This document shows, piece after piece, positions 1 to 9,127 of a DNA stretch of 45,465 nucleotides. The position numbers and the translations under genes are program-made. The notes below the pieces were generated by a model, which ran no database searches, had not been told where the DNA came from, and saw only the letters and a program-made list of their open reading frames with translations. The stretch spans positions 1-45,465 of the forward strand of contig DASWHG010000219.1 of the NCBI GenBank assembly GCA_036393315.1, in the 5' to 3' direction. The stretch is from Anaerolineales bacterium (GTDB lineage: Bacteria; Chloroflexota; Anaerolineae; Anaerolineales; UBA4823). Position 1 is the first letter of the stretch. Every line of letters begins with the position of its first letter.

Positions 1-149
1 AGACAAATCTCGAACATCCTGACCGCTCTGGGTTGAAACCATTATGCACACTGCTCAATTAATTACTTATATGCTCCGTTGAGAGGCGGCCCGGGAAATC
101 AAAGGTGATCGGTACAAAGTAATCTGATCTGATTGAATAAATAGGTAGT

Positions 150-443
150 TCACCGCGCCAACAATGCGATGACCATCAGGATCAAGGCCGGCAGGCCCAG
201 CCCGACCAGCAGGTTCAGGCTGCGGTTCTGGCTGCGGGTCAGCGCCGCGCCGGCGCGGATAAAGCCTTCGAGGCTGGCCACCGCGCCGCCCAGGACGGCA
301 GTCCACAAGACCAGGTTGATCGTGCCAACTCGTTGAGCCAGAAGCGGAATAACGATGGACAGCACCAGGCCGGCGAACGCGCCTGCCAGTGCTCCCAACA
401 ACTGCCGGTTCCAATTTACCCTTTCCGGTTTCTGCTTTGCCAT
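150..443 (-). CDS. hypothetical small integral membrane protein (97 aa)
   Basis: Intact ORF with about three Gly/Ala/Leu-rich hydrophobic segments and a basic N-terminus (MAKQKPERVNWNR). Only a weak purine patch (GGAAAGGGG) precedes the ATG. No family recognised. Confidence 0.45.
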   Translation of the reverse strand: MAKQKPERVNWNRQLLGALAGAFAGLVLSIVIPLLAQRVGTINLVLWTAVLGGAVASLEGFIRAGAALTRSQNRSLNLLVGLGLPALILMVIALLAR

Positions 444-505
444 GCGGCCCCTTTCCGGCGGTGTATCGGAGATAATATAACCAAAAAAGACTGGCTACAT
501 CTCCA

Positions 506-534
506 TTGACATCTGACCGAAACTATGCGATACT
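506..534 (+). promoter_or_regulatory. sigma-70-type promoter, TTGACA-17 nt-GATACT
   Basis: Consensus -35 TTGACA at 506-511, a 17-nt spacer, then -10 GATACT at 529-534. It lies in an AT-rich spacer between two minus-strand genes. Confidence 0.45.
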
Positions 535-540
535 TACAGC

Positions 541-709
541 ATCATCGGGTGAGGAAATCACCCACCTCCTATTGCTATCCTACGAACAAGGAGGTGATGC
601 CCATCATGAGTGAAAGTAAGATACTTAGCGCTGCGGCATCCCTCCTCCTAATCGGATAAAGATGCCGCAGCGCACCAGGAAGCCGCCAACAGGTGGCTTC
701 CTGTGTTTT
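541..709 (+). ncRNA. candidate ~170-nt small RNA or small-ORF transcript (orphan unit)
   Basis: Bounded by the 506-534 promoter and an intrinsic terminator at 676-709. Hairpin GGGTGA/TCACCC at 547-563. CACCTCCT at 563-570 is complementary to AGGAGGTG at 589-596. A perfect 11-bp stem (630-640 with 661-671) has a loop carrying CCCTCCTCCTAA. A 20-codon ORF at 597-659 encodes MPIMSESKILSAAASLLLIG. Confidence 0.3.
676..709 (+). terminator. rho-independent terminator
   Basis: 12-bp stem CAGGAAGCCGCC / GGTGGCTTCCTG with one G-U pair and an AACA loop, followed by TGTTTT. The U-tract exists only on the plus strand. The hairpin lies 8 nt beyond the hbd stop and could also serve that gene. Confidence 0.5.
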
Positions 710-716
710 AACCACC

Positions 717-1568
717 CTATCCCGAGTAATCGTAAAAACCTTTGCCGGATTTGCGCCCCAGGTAGCCGGCGTCCACCATTTTGCGGAGCAGCGGCGCGGG
801 CCGGTACTTATCCTCGCCCAGGTCCCGGTGCAGCACCTCCATCACGAAGAGGACCACGTCCAGCCCGACCAGGTCGCAAAGCGCCAGCGGCCCCATCGGG
901 TGGTTCATGCCCAGCTTCATCACCGTGTCGATCGCTTCGGGCGTCCCGATGCCCTCCTGCAAGGCGAAGATTGCCTCGTTGATCATCGGACACAGGATGC
1001 GGTTCGAGATAAAGCCGGGGGAATCCTTGGCCTCGACCGGCTCCTTCCCCATCCGGCGGGAGACTTCCTTGGCGGTGGCGGTGGTTTCATCGGACGTCCC
1101 CAGCCCGCGGATGATCTCCACCAGGCGCATCAGGGGGACGGGGTTGAAGAAATGCATCCCGACAACCTTATCCGGGCGGCGGGTTGCGGCGCCGATCCGG
1201 GTCAGGCTGATCGAGGAGGTGTTGGAAGCCAGGATGGCGGGAGGAGGCGCCAGGCGGTCCAGCTCCGAGAAGATGTTCAGCTTCAGCTCCGGGTTTTCGG
1301 TGGCAGCCTCGATCACCAGGTCCGCTTTGGAAGCGGGCTCCAGGTCGCTGGCGAAGGCGATGTTCACCGCGGCTTCCTTTTGTCCCGGGGTGATCGTCCC
1401 TTTGGCGGCCAGCTTCTCCGCCGACCTGGCGATAGCAGCGCGGCCGCGCTCGAGCTGTTCCGGGACCACGTCCATCATCGTTACCCGATAACCGGAGACG
1501 GCTGCCGTCTGGGCAATCCCGCTGCCCATCGTCCCCGCGCCGACGACGAAGATGTGCTTGATATCCAA
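717..1568 (-). CDS. hbd: 3-hydroxybutyryl-CoA dehydrogenase (NAD-binding 3-hydroxyacyl-CoA dehydrogenase family)
   Basis: 283 aa with N-terminal Rossmann motif [12 protein letters not shown] and the family-typical HFFNPVP and SPGFISNR motifs. TTG start lies 6 nt after AAGGAGG. The gene sits 12 nt downstream of the thiolase gene. Confidence 0.9.
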   Translation of the reverse strand: MDIKHIFVVGAGTMGSGIAQTAAVSGYRVTMMDVVPEQLERGRAAIARSAEKLAAKGTITPGQKEAAVNIAFASDLEPASKADLVIEAATENPELKLNIFSELDRLAPPPAILASNTSSISLTRIGAATRRPDKVVGMHFFNPVPLMRLVEIIRGLGTSDETTATAKEVSRRMGKEPVEAKDSPGFISNRILCPMINEAIFALQEGIGTPEAIDTVMKLGMNHPMGPLALCDLVGLDVVLFVMEVLHRDLGEDKYRPAPLLRKMVDAGYLGRKSGKGFYDYSG

Positions 1569-1580
1569 TGCCGGCCTCCT

Positions 1581-2792
1581 TTACTCGATTTCGATCGCCA
1601 TGGCCACGGCTTCTGCGCCTCCCAGGCAAAGAGAGGCGATGCCGCGCTTCAGGCCGCGGTCCTTTAGCGCATAGATCAGTGTGGTGAGAATACGGGCCCC
1701 GCTGGCTCCAATGGGGTGGCCCAGGGCGATGGCGCCGCCGTGGACGTTGACCTTACTCCAATCCCAGCCGCGCTCTGCCAGGGCATACCCGTTGGCCAGG
1801 ACTTGAGCGGCGAAGGCCTCGTTCAATTCGATCAAATCTACCTCGCCCAGGGTCCAGCCGACTCTTTCCAAAAGACGGGGGATGGCGTGCGAGGGGGCGT
1901 CGAACAGGAATTTGGGCGGGACGGCGGCCTGGTCGTAGCCGACCACCCGGGCGAGCGGCTCGGCGCCCAGAGCCTCTGCTTTCGCCCGGCTGGCGACCGT
2001 GACCGCGGCGGCGCCATCGTTCAGCCCAGGCGCGTTTCCAGCGGTAACCTTACCGTCTTCTTTGAAAGCCGGTTTCAATATTGCCAGCGCTTCCGGCGAG
2101 GTATCTCGGCGAGGGCTCTCGTCCGTATCGAAGATCACCACCTCGCCTTTGCGCCCGGGGATCTCCACCGGCACGATCTCGGCCTTGAACTTGCCGCTGT
2201 CGCTGGCGGCGATGGCTTTCTGGTGGCTGTTATAGGCAAACTGATCCATCGCCTGGCGGCTGACTTCGTATTCTTCGGCAATGAATTCGGCCGCGTGGCC
2301 CATCCCCCAGTTCTCGAAGGGATCCCAGAGACCATCGTGCAGCAGGGCATCGGTCAGCTGGCTGTGCCCGTAGCGCAGCTCTCCGCCGCGGCCATAGATC
2401 AGGAAGGGGGCGCGGCTCATGCTCTCCATGCCACCGGCCACGAATAGGTCTCCATCGCCGGCCCGGATGGCCTGGGAGGCGAGCATGACCGATTTGAGGC
2501 CCGATCCGCAAACCTTGTTGATGGTGGTCGCCCCGACGCTTTCCGGCAAGCCGGCGAAAATGGCTGCCTGGCGGGCCGGGTTTTGGCCCAACCCAGCAGA
2601 GACAACGTTGCCCATGATCACTTCGTCGATCTCTCGCCTGTCCTGGATCCCGGCTCGCTCGACTGCGGCCTTCACGACGATCGCTCCTAGCTGCGGGGCC
2701 GGGATGCCGCTCAAACTCCCCTGGAAGCGCCCGGTGGGGGTGCGGGCCGCGCTGAGGATGACCGCATCCGAAGTGTTCCCCTGGTGATCCAT
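1581..2792 (-). CDS. acetyl-CoA C-acetyltransferase (thiolase II)
   Basis: 403 aa with thiolase signatures NKVCGSGLKS (active-site Cys), NVHGGAIALGHPIGASG and SLCLGGAEAVAM. A strong GGAGG SD lies upstream. Confidence 0.92.
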   Translation of the reverse strand: MDHQGNTSDAVILSAARTPTGRFQGSLSGIPAPQLGAIVVKAAVERAGIQDRREIDEVIMGNVVSAGLGQNPARQAAIFAGLPESVGATTINKVCGSGLKSVMLASQAIRAGDGDLFVAGGMESMSRAPFLIYGRGGELRYGHSQLTDALLHDGLWDPFENWGMGHAAEFIAEEYEVSRQAMDQFAYNSHQKAIAASDSGKFKAEIVPVEIPGRKGEVVIFDTDESPRRDTSPEALAILKPAFKEDGKVTAGNAPGLNDGAAAVTVASRAKAEALGAEPLARVVGYDQAAVPPKFLFDAPSHAIPRLLERVGWTLGEVDLIELNEAFAAQVLANGYALAERGWDWSKVNVHGGAIALGHPIGASGARILTTLIYALKDRGLKRGIASLCLGGAEAVAMAIEIE

Positions 2793-2839
2793 AAATCCTC
2801 CTTCAATAAAAAAAGAAAACCTCGGGGCTGGCAGCCTGC

Positions 2840-3337
2840 CTATTCCTCGCCTCCCCGCGCTTCCCAGGCCTCCTTGATGCGCTCATACGTGTCTTGCAGT
2901 GTCTCAGGCAGGACGCGGGTCTGGCCTAAGGAAGACATGAAGTTCGTGTCGCCGGTCCAGCGAGGGACGACGTGCAGGTGGACGTGATCGGTGATCCCCG
3001 CCCCAGCCGCTACGCCCAGGTTGATCCCCAGGTTGAAGCCCTGGGGCTGGTAAACGCGGTGCAGCACCTGCATGCTCAGGTTGGCCAGTTCCATCATCTC
3101 GGCCCGAGTCTCCGGGTCCAGTTCCTCCAGGGAAGGGCAATGCTGGTAGGGGACCGCCATCAGGTGCCCGCTGGTATAGGGGAAACGGTTCAATATGACG
3201 AAGGCCCGCGGACCTCGAAATACAATCAGGTTGCCAGCGCTATCGGGTTCATCCAATGCATCGCAAAATACACAGGTATCTTCAGACTTATTTTTTTCGA
3301 TATATGTCATGCGCCAGGGGGACCAGAGGTGGTTCAT
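2840..3337 (-). CDS. HIT-family nucleotide hydrolase/phosphorylase (Ap4A phosphorylase-like)
   Basis: Histidine-triad motif HVHLHVVPR and the family-typical N-terminus [13 protein letters not shown]. The track ORF (to 3499) was trimmed to the internal ATG at 3337. The extension would run across the xseA promoter and start. Confidence 0.8.
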   Translation of the reverse strand: MNHLWSPWRMTYIEKNKSEDTCVFCDALDEPDSAGNLIVFRGPRAFVILNRFPYTSGHLMAVPYQHCPSLEELDPETRAEMMELANLSMQVLHRVYQPQGFNLGINLGVAAGAGITDHVHLHVVPRWTGDTNFMSSLGQTRVLPETLQDTYERIKEAWEARGGEE

Positions 3338-3418
3338 AAAGGATGGGGAGGGCTCTTCTTCGGCGGTTTGCCTTTCGACTGAGGCAATTGTAGCAGAGAA
3401 TCCAGCGTCACGGAATAG

Positions 3419-3447
3419 TTGACAAGCGACCCGAAGCGGAGTATCCT
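3419..3447 (+). promoter_or_regulatory. sigma-70-type promoter TTGACA-17 nt-TATCCT (xseA operon)
   Basis: Consensus -35 at 3419-3424, a 17-nt spacer and -10 TATCCT at 3442-3447, about 50 nt upstream of the xseA ATG. Confidence 0.45.
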
Positions 3448-3497
3448 TTTTGCCAGGCTGATCGAAACCTCGATCTACGCCCGGCTGCCCGGCGACC

Positions 3498-4730
3498 ATG
3501 ACCCAGTTGTCTTTTTTCCAACCTCCTTCCTGGACAGTAACCGATCTGACGCGCTATCTGCGTGAACTCCTCGAGAGCGACGATAATTTGCAGGACGTGT
3601 GGGTGCAGGGGGAAGTCTCGAACCTTAGTAATCCCTCCTCCGGGCACCTCTACTTCACCCTCAAAGACAGCGGCGCATCGTTAAAGTGCGTCATGTGGCG
3701 AAATTCAGTCCTTCGCCAGGTGTTCCGGCCGAAGGAGGGCGACGCGGTCGAAGCCCACGGGAATATCAGCATTTACGAATCCAGCGGGCAGTACCAGCTG
3801 TACGCCGATTTGATCCGCCCGGCGGGCGAGGGGGTGCTTTACCAGGAGTTTCTGCGCCTGAAAGCGCGGCTGCAGGCCGAAGGGCTTTTCGAGGAGGCTC
3901 GCAAACGCCCAATCCCGCGCTGGCCGCACACGATCGGGATCGTCACTTCCCCGACCGGCGCAGCGCTGCGCGACATCCTCAATACGCTGCGCCGCCGCTA
4001 CCCGCTGGTAAACGTCGTCCTGGCCCCGACCTCCGTCCAGGGCGGAGACGCCCCGCCAGGGATCATTGCGGCAATCCGGCAGCTGAACCGCTCGGTGCAG
4101 CCGGACGTGATCTTGCTGGCGCGCGGTGGTGGTTCGATCGAGGATCTTTGGGCCTTCAACGACGAAGGTGTGGCGCGGGCCATCGTGGACTCAGAAGCGC
4201 CGGTGATTGCCGGCGTTGGGCACGAGATCGACTTCACCATCGCCGATTTCGCCTGCGACCTGCGCGCCCCAACCCCGACCGCGGCGGCCGAGCTGGCTAC
4301 CCAGAACCAGGCCGACCTGCGGATCGACCTGGAAGACTTCGAGCAGCGCATGCTGCGGAACATCGCAGCATGCCTGGCCGCCTTCAGGGACAGGCTGGTC
4401 TCGATTCAAACCAGCCTGCGGATGCGATCACCCGCAGTCCGGGTACGCAGTGGACGGCAGCGTCTCGACGACCTCTCCCACCGGTCTACCATCGCCCTCC
4501 GGCACAAGCTCGAACTGCAGGAGGTGCGCCTGTCAGGGTTCGAACAGCGCCTCAGCGCGCTCAACCCCCTCGCCGTGCTCGAACGCGGCTACGCGGTCGT
4601 AACCCTTGCGGACGGGCGGAAGGTCACCAGCCCAGGCCAGGTCTCCCCGGGCGACGAGCTGAACGTGCGGGTCCGGGATGGAGAATTTGGCGCCCAGGTG
4701 CAGGAAACGGGCGCGGAGCAGAGACGATGA
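3498..4730 (+). CDS. xseA: exodeoxyribonuclease VII large subunit
   Basis: 410 aa with an N-terminal OB-fold region (VWVQGEVSN...GHLYFTLKD). Contains the ExoVII-L motifs [15 protein letters not shown] and [16 protein letters not shown]. Confidence 0.92.
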   Translation: MTQLSFFQPPSWTVTDLTRYLRELLESDDNLQDVWVQGEVSNLSNPSSGHLYFTLKDSGASLKCVMWRNSVLRQVFRPKEGDAVEAHGNISIYESSGQYQLYADLIRPAGEGVLYQEFLRLKARLQAEGLFEEARKRPIPRWPHTIGIVTSPTGAALRDILNTLRRRYPLVNVVLAPTSVQGGDAPPGIIAAIRQLNRSVQPDVILLARGGGSIEDLWAFNDEGVARAIVDSEAPVIAGVGHEIDFTIADFACDLRAPTPTAAAELATQNQADLRIDLEDFEQRMLRNIAACLAAFRDRLVSIQTSLRMRSPAVRVRSGRQRLDDLSHRSTIALRHKLELQEVRLSGFEQRLSALNPLAVLERGYAVVTLADGRKVTSPGQVSPGDELNVRVRDGEFGAQVQETGAEQRR

Positions 4731-5284
4731 GAGCGCGGGCAGATTTCCTCTCCGCACCCTGTCCCAACTGTGGGGCAAACGTCTTGACCCAGCAGACCTC
4801 CTGCCCGGCCTGCGGCGCGCCGCTTTATTCCGAGAACCTGTCTCCAGAAGCGAAACAGGAAGCCATGCGGGAGCTGGTCGAGACATCGAACGAGCGCCTG
4901 GTCAGCTCCGGGACAAGCGCGGCCGAGTCGGCTTTCGGGATCGGATGCTCGTTGGGGGGGATGGCCAGCCTGTTGCTGCTCTTGATCGTCTTCGCTTTTG
5001 GATGGAGAGACTGGACTCTGCTGGCAATCGTTGCTCTGGTGGCTATCTTAACCGCGACCGGGTTCTCGGCCTGGCTGGCCAATCGAGCAAAATCTGCGAC
5101 CATTCGAACGACCTATGATCGGGAGGTGGGCCCACAGATCGAGCGTTATGCCAGGGAAAACCGCCTCACTGGCCTGGAATTCAGCGCTTTAGCGGATCAA
5201 ATTATCGCTGAGGACGCTCCACTGCGCAGCTACCTGACCTTTCCCTCCGAGGAGGAACAGGGCCAGACACCACCGGAGGAATAA
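4727..5284 (+). CDS. zinc-ribbon membrane protein (185 aa), function unknown
   Basis: The ATG overlaps the xseA stop (ATGA). N-terminal double CxxC zinc ribbon (CPNCG...CPACG), two hydrophobic helices (MASLLLLLIVFAFGW and LLAIVALVAILTATGFSAWL) and an acidic tail. Only the distal 185 codons of track ORF 3686-5284 were used. Confidence 0.6.
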   Translation: MRARADFLSAPCPNCGANVLTQQTSCPACGAPLYSENLSPEAKQEAMRELVETSNERLVSSGTSAAESAFGIGCSLGGMASLLLLLIVFAFGWRDWTLLAIVALVAILTATGFSAWLANRAKSATIRTTYDREVGPQIERYARENRLTGLEFSALADQIIAEDAPLRSYLTFPSEEEQGQTPPEE

Positions 5285-5287
5285 GGG

Positions 5288-5539
5288 ATGAGCAAAAATA
5301 AAGACCAGGAGATCCAGGAGCGCCCTCCACTCGACCAGCTATCTTATGAAGAGGCCTTTGCCGAACTGGAAGCCATCGTGACGGCTCTCGAATCGGATGA
5401 GCGGCCTCTGGAAGAGTCGCTGGCGCTGTTCGAGCGTGGCCAGGCCTTGGCTCGCCACTGCACTGAAATGCTCGACCGGGCAGAGTTAAAGGTACAGCAG
5501 CTCTCCGGGGAACAGCTGGTCGATTTCACTTCACCATAA
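5288..5539 (+). CDS. xseB: exodeoxyribonuclease VII small subunit
   Basis: 83 aa with the typical helical-hairpin sequence LSYEEAFAELEAIVTALE...LEESLALFERGQAL. Starts 3 nt after the preceding stop. Confidence 0.9.
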   Translation: MSKNKDQEIQERPPLDQLSYEEAFAELEAIVTALESDERPLEESLALFERGQALARHCTEMLDRAELKVQQLSGEQLVDFTSP

Positions 5540-5579
5540 ACAAAGATCCGCATCGGGCGAGCGATAAAGCTGCCTTGGG

Positions 5580-6041
5580 GTGTTCTACATGAATCTGCTC
5601 GGCGTTTTTTCCAACAACGTGTTAATCGCCGGTTTTTCCGCCTGGGGCCTGGCCCAAATCATTAAAGTCCCGCTGAACTACCTGGCAAGGCGCGAGTGGG
5701 ACTGGGCTTTGCTTCTGCGGGCAGGCGGCATGCCGAGTTCGCATTCTGCCCTGGTGGCTGCGACGGCCCACTCGATCGGCCTGTTCGAAGGTTTTGATAC
5801 GGCCATGTTCGCGCTTTCGGTGGCGATCGCAGTGATTGTGATCTACGATGCGACCGGGATCCGTCGCCAGGCCGGCAAGCACGCCGAGATCATCAACGCC
5901 ATGGTCCGCGATCTGGCCGGCGGGCATCCTTTAAGGGAAGAACAGCTGAGGGAAGTCCTCGGGCATACCCCTTTGGAGGCCCTGGGGGGTATGCTGCTCG
6001 GCTTGGTGGTCAGCCAGCTCCTATGGTTCGCCTGGCGGTAA
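5580..6041 (+). CDS. divergent PAP2 / acid-phosphatase-vanadium-haloperoxidase-related membrane protein (YuiD-like, DUF212)
   Basis: 153 aa with motifs GGMPSSHSA and GHTPLE in a multi-TM context. GTG at 5580 or ATG at 5589 could be the start. Confidence 0.7.
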   Translation: MFYMNLLGVFSNNVLIAGFSAWGLAQIIKVPLNYLARREWDWALLLRAGGMPSSHSALVAATAHSIGLFEGFDTAMFALSVAIAVIVIYDATGIRRQAGKHAEIINAMVRDLAGGHPLREEQLREVLGHTPLEALGGMLLGLVVSQLLWFAWR

Positions 6042-6088
6042 GGCTGATACTTGGCCGGGTGAACGGTTTCCGGTTCCGGTAGATTGTC

Positions 6089-7678
6089 TCATCGAAAGAC
6101 CTTCTGCAACGTTTGCACCAGCGCACGGAAGAGTTCTTTTGCCTCCCCGACTCCCGCGGCCAGGATCACCAGCGCGTACCCACCGGCTCCCAGGAGCACG
6201 CCTCCGGCGACCACCAACCAGGCCGGCCAGTTTGCAGACTGGCTCAACCAGGCCCACAACCCCAGCGACATTACCAGCGAGGCCAGGGCGGACTGAACGA
6301 GGCCGCGCCAGAGGCGCGGGCCTTCCAGGCCGCCCAGCGTGCGGCGCATCAGGACCAGCAGCCCGACCATCTCGAGCGCCGTTGCCAGCGAATTGGCCAG
6401 CGCCAGGCCGCCGTGCGGCGGCAGGCCCAGGCGCCAGAAAAGGTTCGAGAAGGTCACGCTGAAGAGCAAGTTCAGGCCCATGGCGAACGCCCCAATCAAT
6501 ACCGGGGTCCTGGTGTCGTGCAGGGCGTAGAAAGCGCGGGCCAGGATTTCCACCACCGAATGCCCTACCAGTCCGGCCGCGTACCAGAGCAGCGCCCAGG
6601 CGACCAGATCCGTGGAATTGGCGTCGAACTCTCCGCGCTGGAACAGCAGGGCGACGACCGGCCGGCGAAGCAGGATCAGCCCCAGCGAGGCGGGCAAAGC
6701 CAGGAAGATGACGCCGCGCAGCGTGGCGGCCAGGGAGGCGCGCATCTCCTCCAGCCGGCCACGTGAGACCTGAGCAGAGAAAGTGGGCAGCGCCGCGATC
6801 GCGATGGCCTGGGCGATCACCACCTGCGGCATGGTCATGACTGCCCAGGCGATCGTGATGGCCGTCAGGCTGCCCTGCGGCTGTGCCGAGGCCAGGATCG
6901 TGTTAACCAGGAAGTTTATTTGCACGACCGCTACCCCGAGCAGGCGCGGGGCCATCAGCCGGCCGACTTCCCTTACCGACGGGAGGTGCAAACCCAGAGT
7001 CGCAAAATAGCTGGCTCCCAACCTGCGCAAGGCGGGCATCTGCACACCCAGGTGCAGGACGGCGCCAAGCACTGCTCCCCAGGCGAGGCCGGTGATGCCC
7101 CAACCCGGCACCAGGAAGAGCACCCCGAAGATCATCCCCAGCCAATAGAAGGTGGGCGCCAGCGCAGGAAGTAAGAAGACCTGGTGGGCATTCAACACCC
7201 CCATGAGCAAACCGCTCACCCCGAAGATCACCGGGGAGAGCAGCAGCACCCGCAGCAGCGCTACGGTCAGAGAGAACTGGGTGGGATCGAGATCGGGGAT
7301 CAGGACGTACAGGACGTGGCGAACGACCAGGGGGGCGAAGAGCGCGGCCAACGCGCTGATCAGGGCCAGGAGCAGGCTGACCAGGTTGACGACAGAGGAA
7401 GCCAGCTGCCAGGCGGCGCGCTGGTCATCTTGCAGCAGGTAACCGGTAAAGGTGGGGATGAACGCCGAGGCCAGGGCGCCGCCGGCGACCAGGCTGAAGA
7501 GCAGGTCAGGTAGGCGGGCCGCAGCGTTGAAGGCATCGATCTCGGCGCCCGTTCCGAATGCTCGGGAAACCAGGATCTGGCGGACCAGGCCGGCCAGGTT
7601 GCTGAGGACGAAGGCAGCCATCACCGTCCCCGCAGCCCGGGCGATCTGGCGATTGGCCGTTTCTACAGTGGCGCTCAC
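6089..7678 (-). CDS. murJ: lipid II flippase MurJ (MviN family)
   Basis: 529 aa polytopic membrane protein. The N-terminus SNLAGLVRQILVSRAFGTGAEIDAFNAA is typical of MurJ. Confidence 0.88.
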   Translation of the reverse strand: MSATVETANRQIARAAGTVMAAFVLSNLAGLVRQILVSRAFGTGAEIDAFNAAARLPDLLFSLVAGGALASAFIPTFTGYLLQDDQRAAWQLASSVVNLVSLLLALISALAALFAPLVVRHVLYVLIPDLDPTQFSLTVALLRVLLLSPVIFGVSGLLMGVLNAHQVFLLPALAPTFYWLGMIFGVLFLVPGWGITGLAWGAVLGAVLHLGVQMPALRRLGASYFATLGLHLPSVREVGRLMAPRLLGVAVVQINFLVNTILASAQPQGSLTAITIAWAVMTMPQVVIAQAIAIAALPTFSAQVSRGRLEEMRASLAATLRGVIFLALPASLGLILLRRPVVALLFQRGEFDANSTDLVAWALLWYAAGLVGHSVVEILARAFYALHDTRTPVLIGAFAMGLNLLFSVTFSNLFWRLGLPPHGGLALANSLATALEMVGLLVLMRRTLGGLEGPRLWRGLVQSALASLVMSLGLWAWLSQSANWPAWLVVAGGVLLGAGGYALVILAAGVGEAKELFRALVQTLQKVFR

Positions 7679-7700
7679 AAGACTTGATTATATCAACGCC

Positions 7701-8615
7701 TCAACGGGGGCGGAGGCGAGTCTGCAACTGGACGATCAAGGTCCCCAATCCGGCCAGCACCAGGCCGGCCAACTCTCTCACGGTAAGATGCTCGCCGAGG
7801 AAGATCCAGGCCAGGACGGCGATCTGGACCAGCATGGTGTTGTTGATGACGCTGGATTCCACCGCGGATAGGGTGCGGAGGGTCTGGTTCCACAGGGTGA
7901 AAGCAAGGGCGGTGTTCACCACCGCCAGCCAGGCGATGATCCCCCAGCTGCGGAGGCCGATCTGGGGCAGACCTTCGACGAGGAGGGCGACAGACAGCAA
8001 CAGGACTGCACCGAACCCCATGCTGATGGTTGTAACAGCGAGCGGAGAGAAACCCTCTGACCGGTTGATAGAACTTCCCAGGATGGTGGAGAAAGCGTTC
8101 GCCAGCATGCCGACGATCACCGCGAACAGGCCCAGCGTCTGCCCGGCAGGCAAGGCTACCGGAAAGAAGTACAGGACCGTCCCGGCAACCGAGAAGCCGA
8201 CGCCCAGCCACTGCCTTGCGGTCGGGCGCTCGCTTAGCAGACCGATCGACAGCAGCGCGACGACGACCGGAGAGAAGTTCAGCAGCAGGCTGACGGTCAC
8301 CGCCGGCAGGTAGGCAAGACCGATGAACTGGGTACCCTGGGTGAGGGTGTAGTAAAGCAGTCCCAGGAGAAGCAGGTTCACCCAGGCGGTGCGAGGCAGT
8401 GAGGGCGCAATCGAGCGCAAAGACCCCCGCCGGGCCGGGTGGAGGAGGAATGGCAGCAAAGACGCGAAGGCCAGGCTGTAGCGCAGCCCGGCGAAGGTCA
8501 AGGCCGGGATATCCTCCAGGCCTATCTTGATCAGCACCCAGGAAGTCGACCACAAAAGCGTGACAAATAAAGCCTGAAGAACGGCGACCCGGTGAGAGGA
8601 GGGGTTCTTAAACAA
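7701..8615 (-). CDS. EamA/DMT-family transporter
   Basis: 304 aa with about 10 TM segments arranged as two EamA-like halves. TTG start with no clear SD, so the start is uncertain. It sits 22 nt upstream of murJ and is probably co-transcribed. Confidence 0.7.
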   Translation of the reverse strand: MFKNPSSHRVAVLQALFVTLLWSTSWVLIKIGLEDIPALTFAGLRYSLAFASLLPFLLHPARRGSLRSIAPSLPRTAWVNLLLLGLLYYTLTQGTQFIGLAYLPAVTVSLLLNFSPVVVALLSIGLLSERPTARQWLGVGFSVAGTVLYFFPVALPAGQTLGLFAVIVGMLANAFSTILGSSINRSEGFSPLAVTTISMGFGAVLLLSVALLVEGLPQIGLRSWGIIAWLAVVNTALAFTLWNQTLRTLSAVESSVINNTMLVQIAVLAWIFLGEHLTVRELAGLVLAGLGTLIVQLQTRLRPR

Positions 8616-8721
8616 TAGGTTGGACCCTGCAGCCCGATCTACCCAGCCATTTGTGTGTGTGGATTGGCATTAAAATAGACTGCTGGACTGAACAGGTACA
8701 TTCAAAGCAGGAGGGATAAGC

Positions 8722-9051
8722 ATGGAAAATCGTTATATTATCGTTTTGATCACCGTCCCATCGAAAGAGGCAGGAGAAAAGGTGGCCCATCACCTGCTGG
8801 AGAGAAGGCTGGCTGCCTGCGTCAATTTCATCCCAGCCGTCCATTCACTCTACATCTGGCAAGGGGGGATTACTGCCGACGACGAGCTGCTCCTGGTCGT
8901 GAAGAGCCGGGCTGACCTGTTCGAAGAGCACCTGGTCCCGGCGGTGAAGGCCGTTCATCCTTACGAAGTGCCCGAGATCATCGCCCTGCCGATCCTGATG
9001 GGTTCCAAGAGCTACCTGGATTGGATCGAAGAATCGACCGCCTCCCCGTAA
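8722..9051 (+). CDS. cutA: divalent-cation tolerance protein CutA
   Basis: 109 aa with the CutA1 pattern LAACVNFIP.V.S.Y.W.G......E..L..K. An AGGAGGG SD lies upstream. Confidence 0.85.
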   Translation: MENRYIIVLITVPSKEAGEKVAHHLLERRLAACVNFIPAVHSLYIWQGGITADDELLLVVKSRADLFEEHLVPAVKAVHPYEVPEIIALPILMGSKSYLDWIEESTASP

Positions 9052-9127
9052 GCCGCGATCGAGGCGCTTTTCATCTTGCTCTGCAGCGGGACAGAAAGGG
9101 CCGGTATATGCATCCGGCGCACATGAA

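Noticed and set aside
1-149. AT-rich window start with ATCTGATCTGATT micro-repeat, examined for an RNA gene or mobile-element end
   Set aside because: No ORF, promoter/terminator pair or recognisable RNA motif is present. It is probably just the 3' flank of the small membrane-protein gene.
4536-4544. tRNA T-loop-like GGTTCGAA strings, also near 14855 and 15975
   Set aside because: All lie inside well-supported CDSs (xseA, GltD-like paralog 2, gyrA) with no surrounding cloverleaf complementarity.
3686-4726. N-terminal 347 codons of the 532-aa track ORF 3686-5284
   Set aside because: This part overlaps xseA in another frame with an Arg/Pro/Gly-rich translation. Only the portion from the ATG at 4727 (ATGA overlap with the xseA stop) looks like a real protein.
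8652-8661. (TG)5 microsatellite in the EamA/cutA divergent spacer
   Set aside because: It is too short to be meaningful. No phase-variation context exists because it lies outside the coding sequence and outside a definable promoter spacer.
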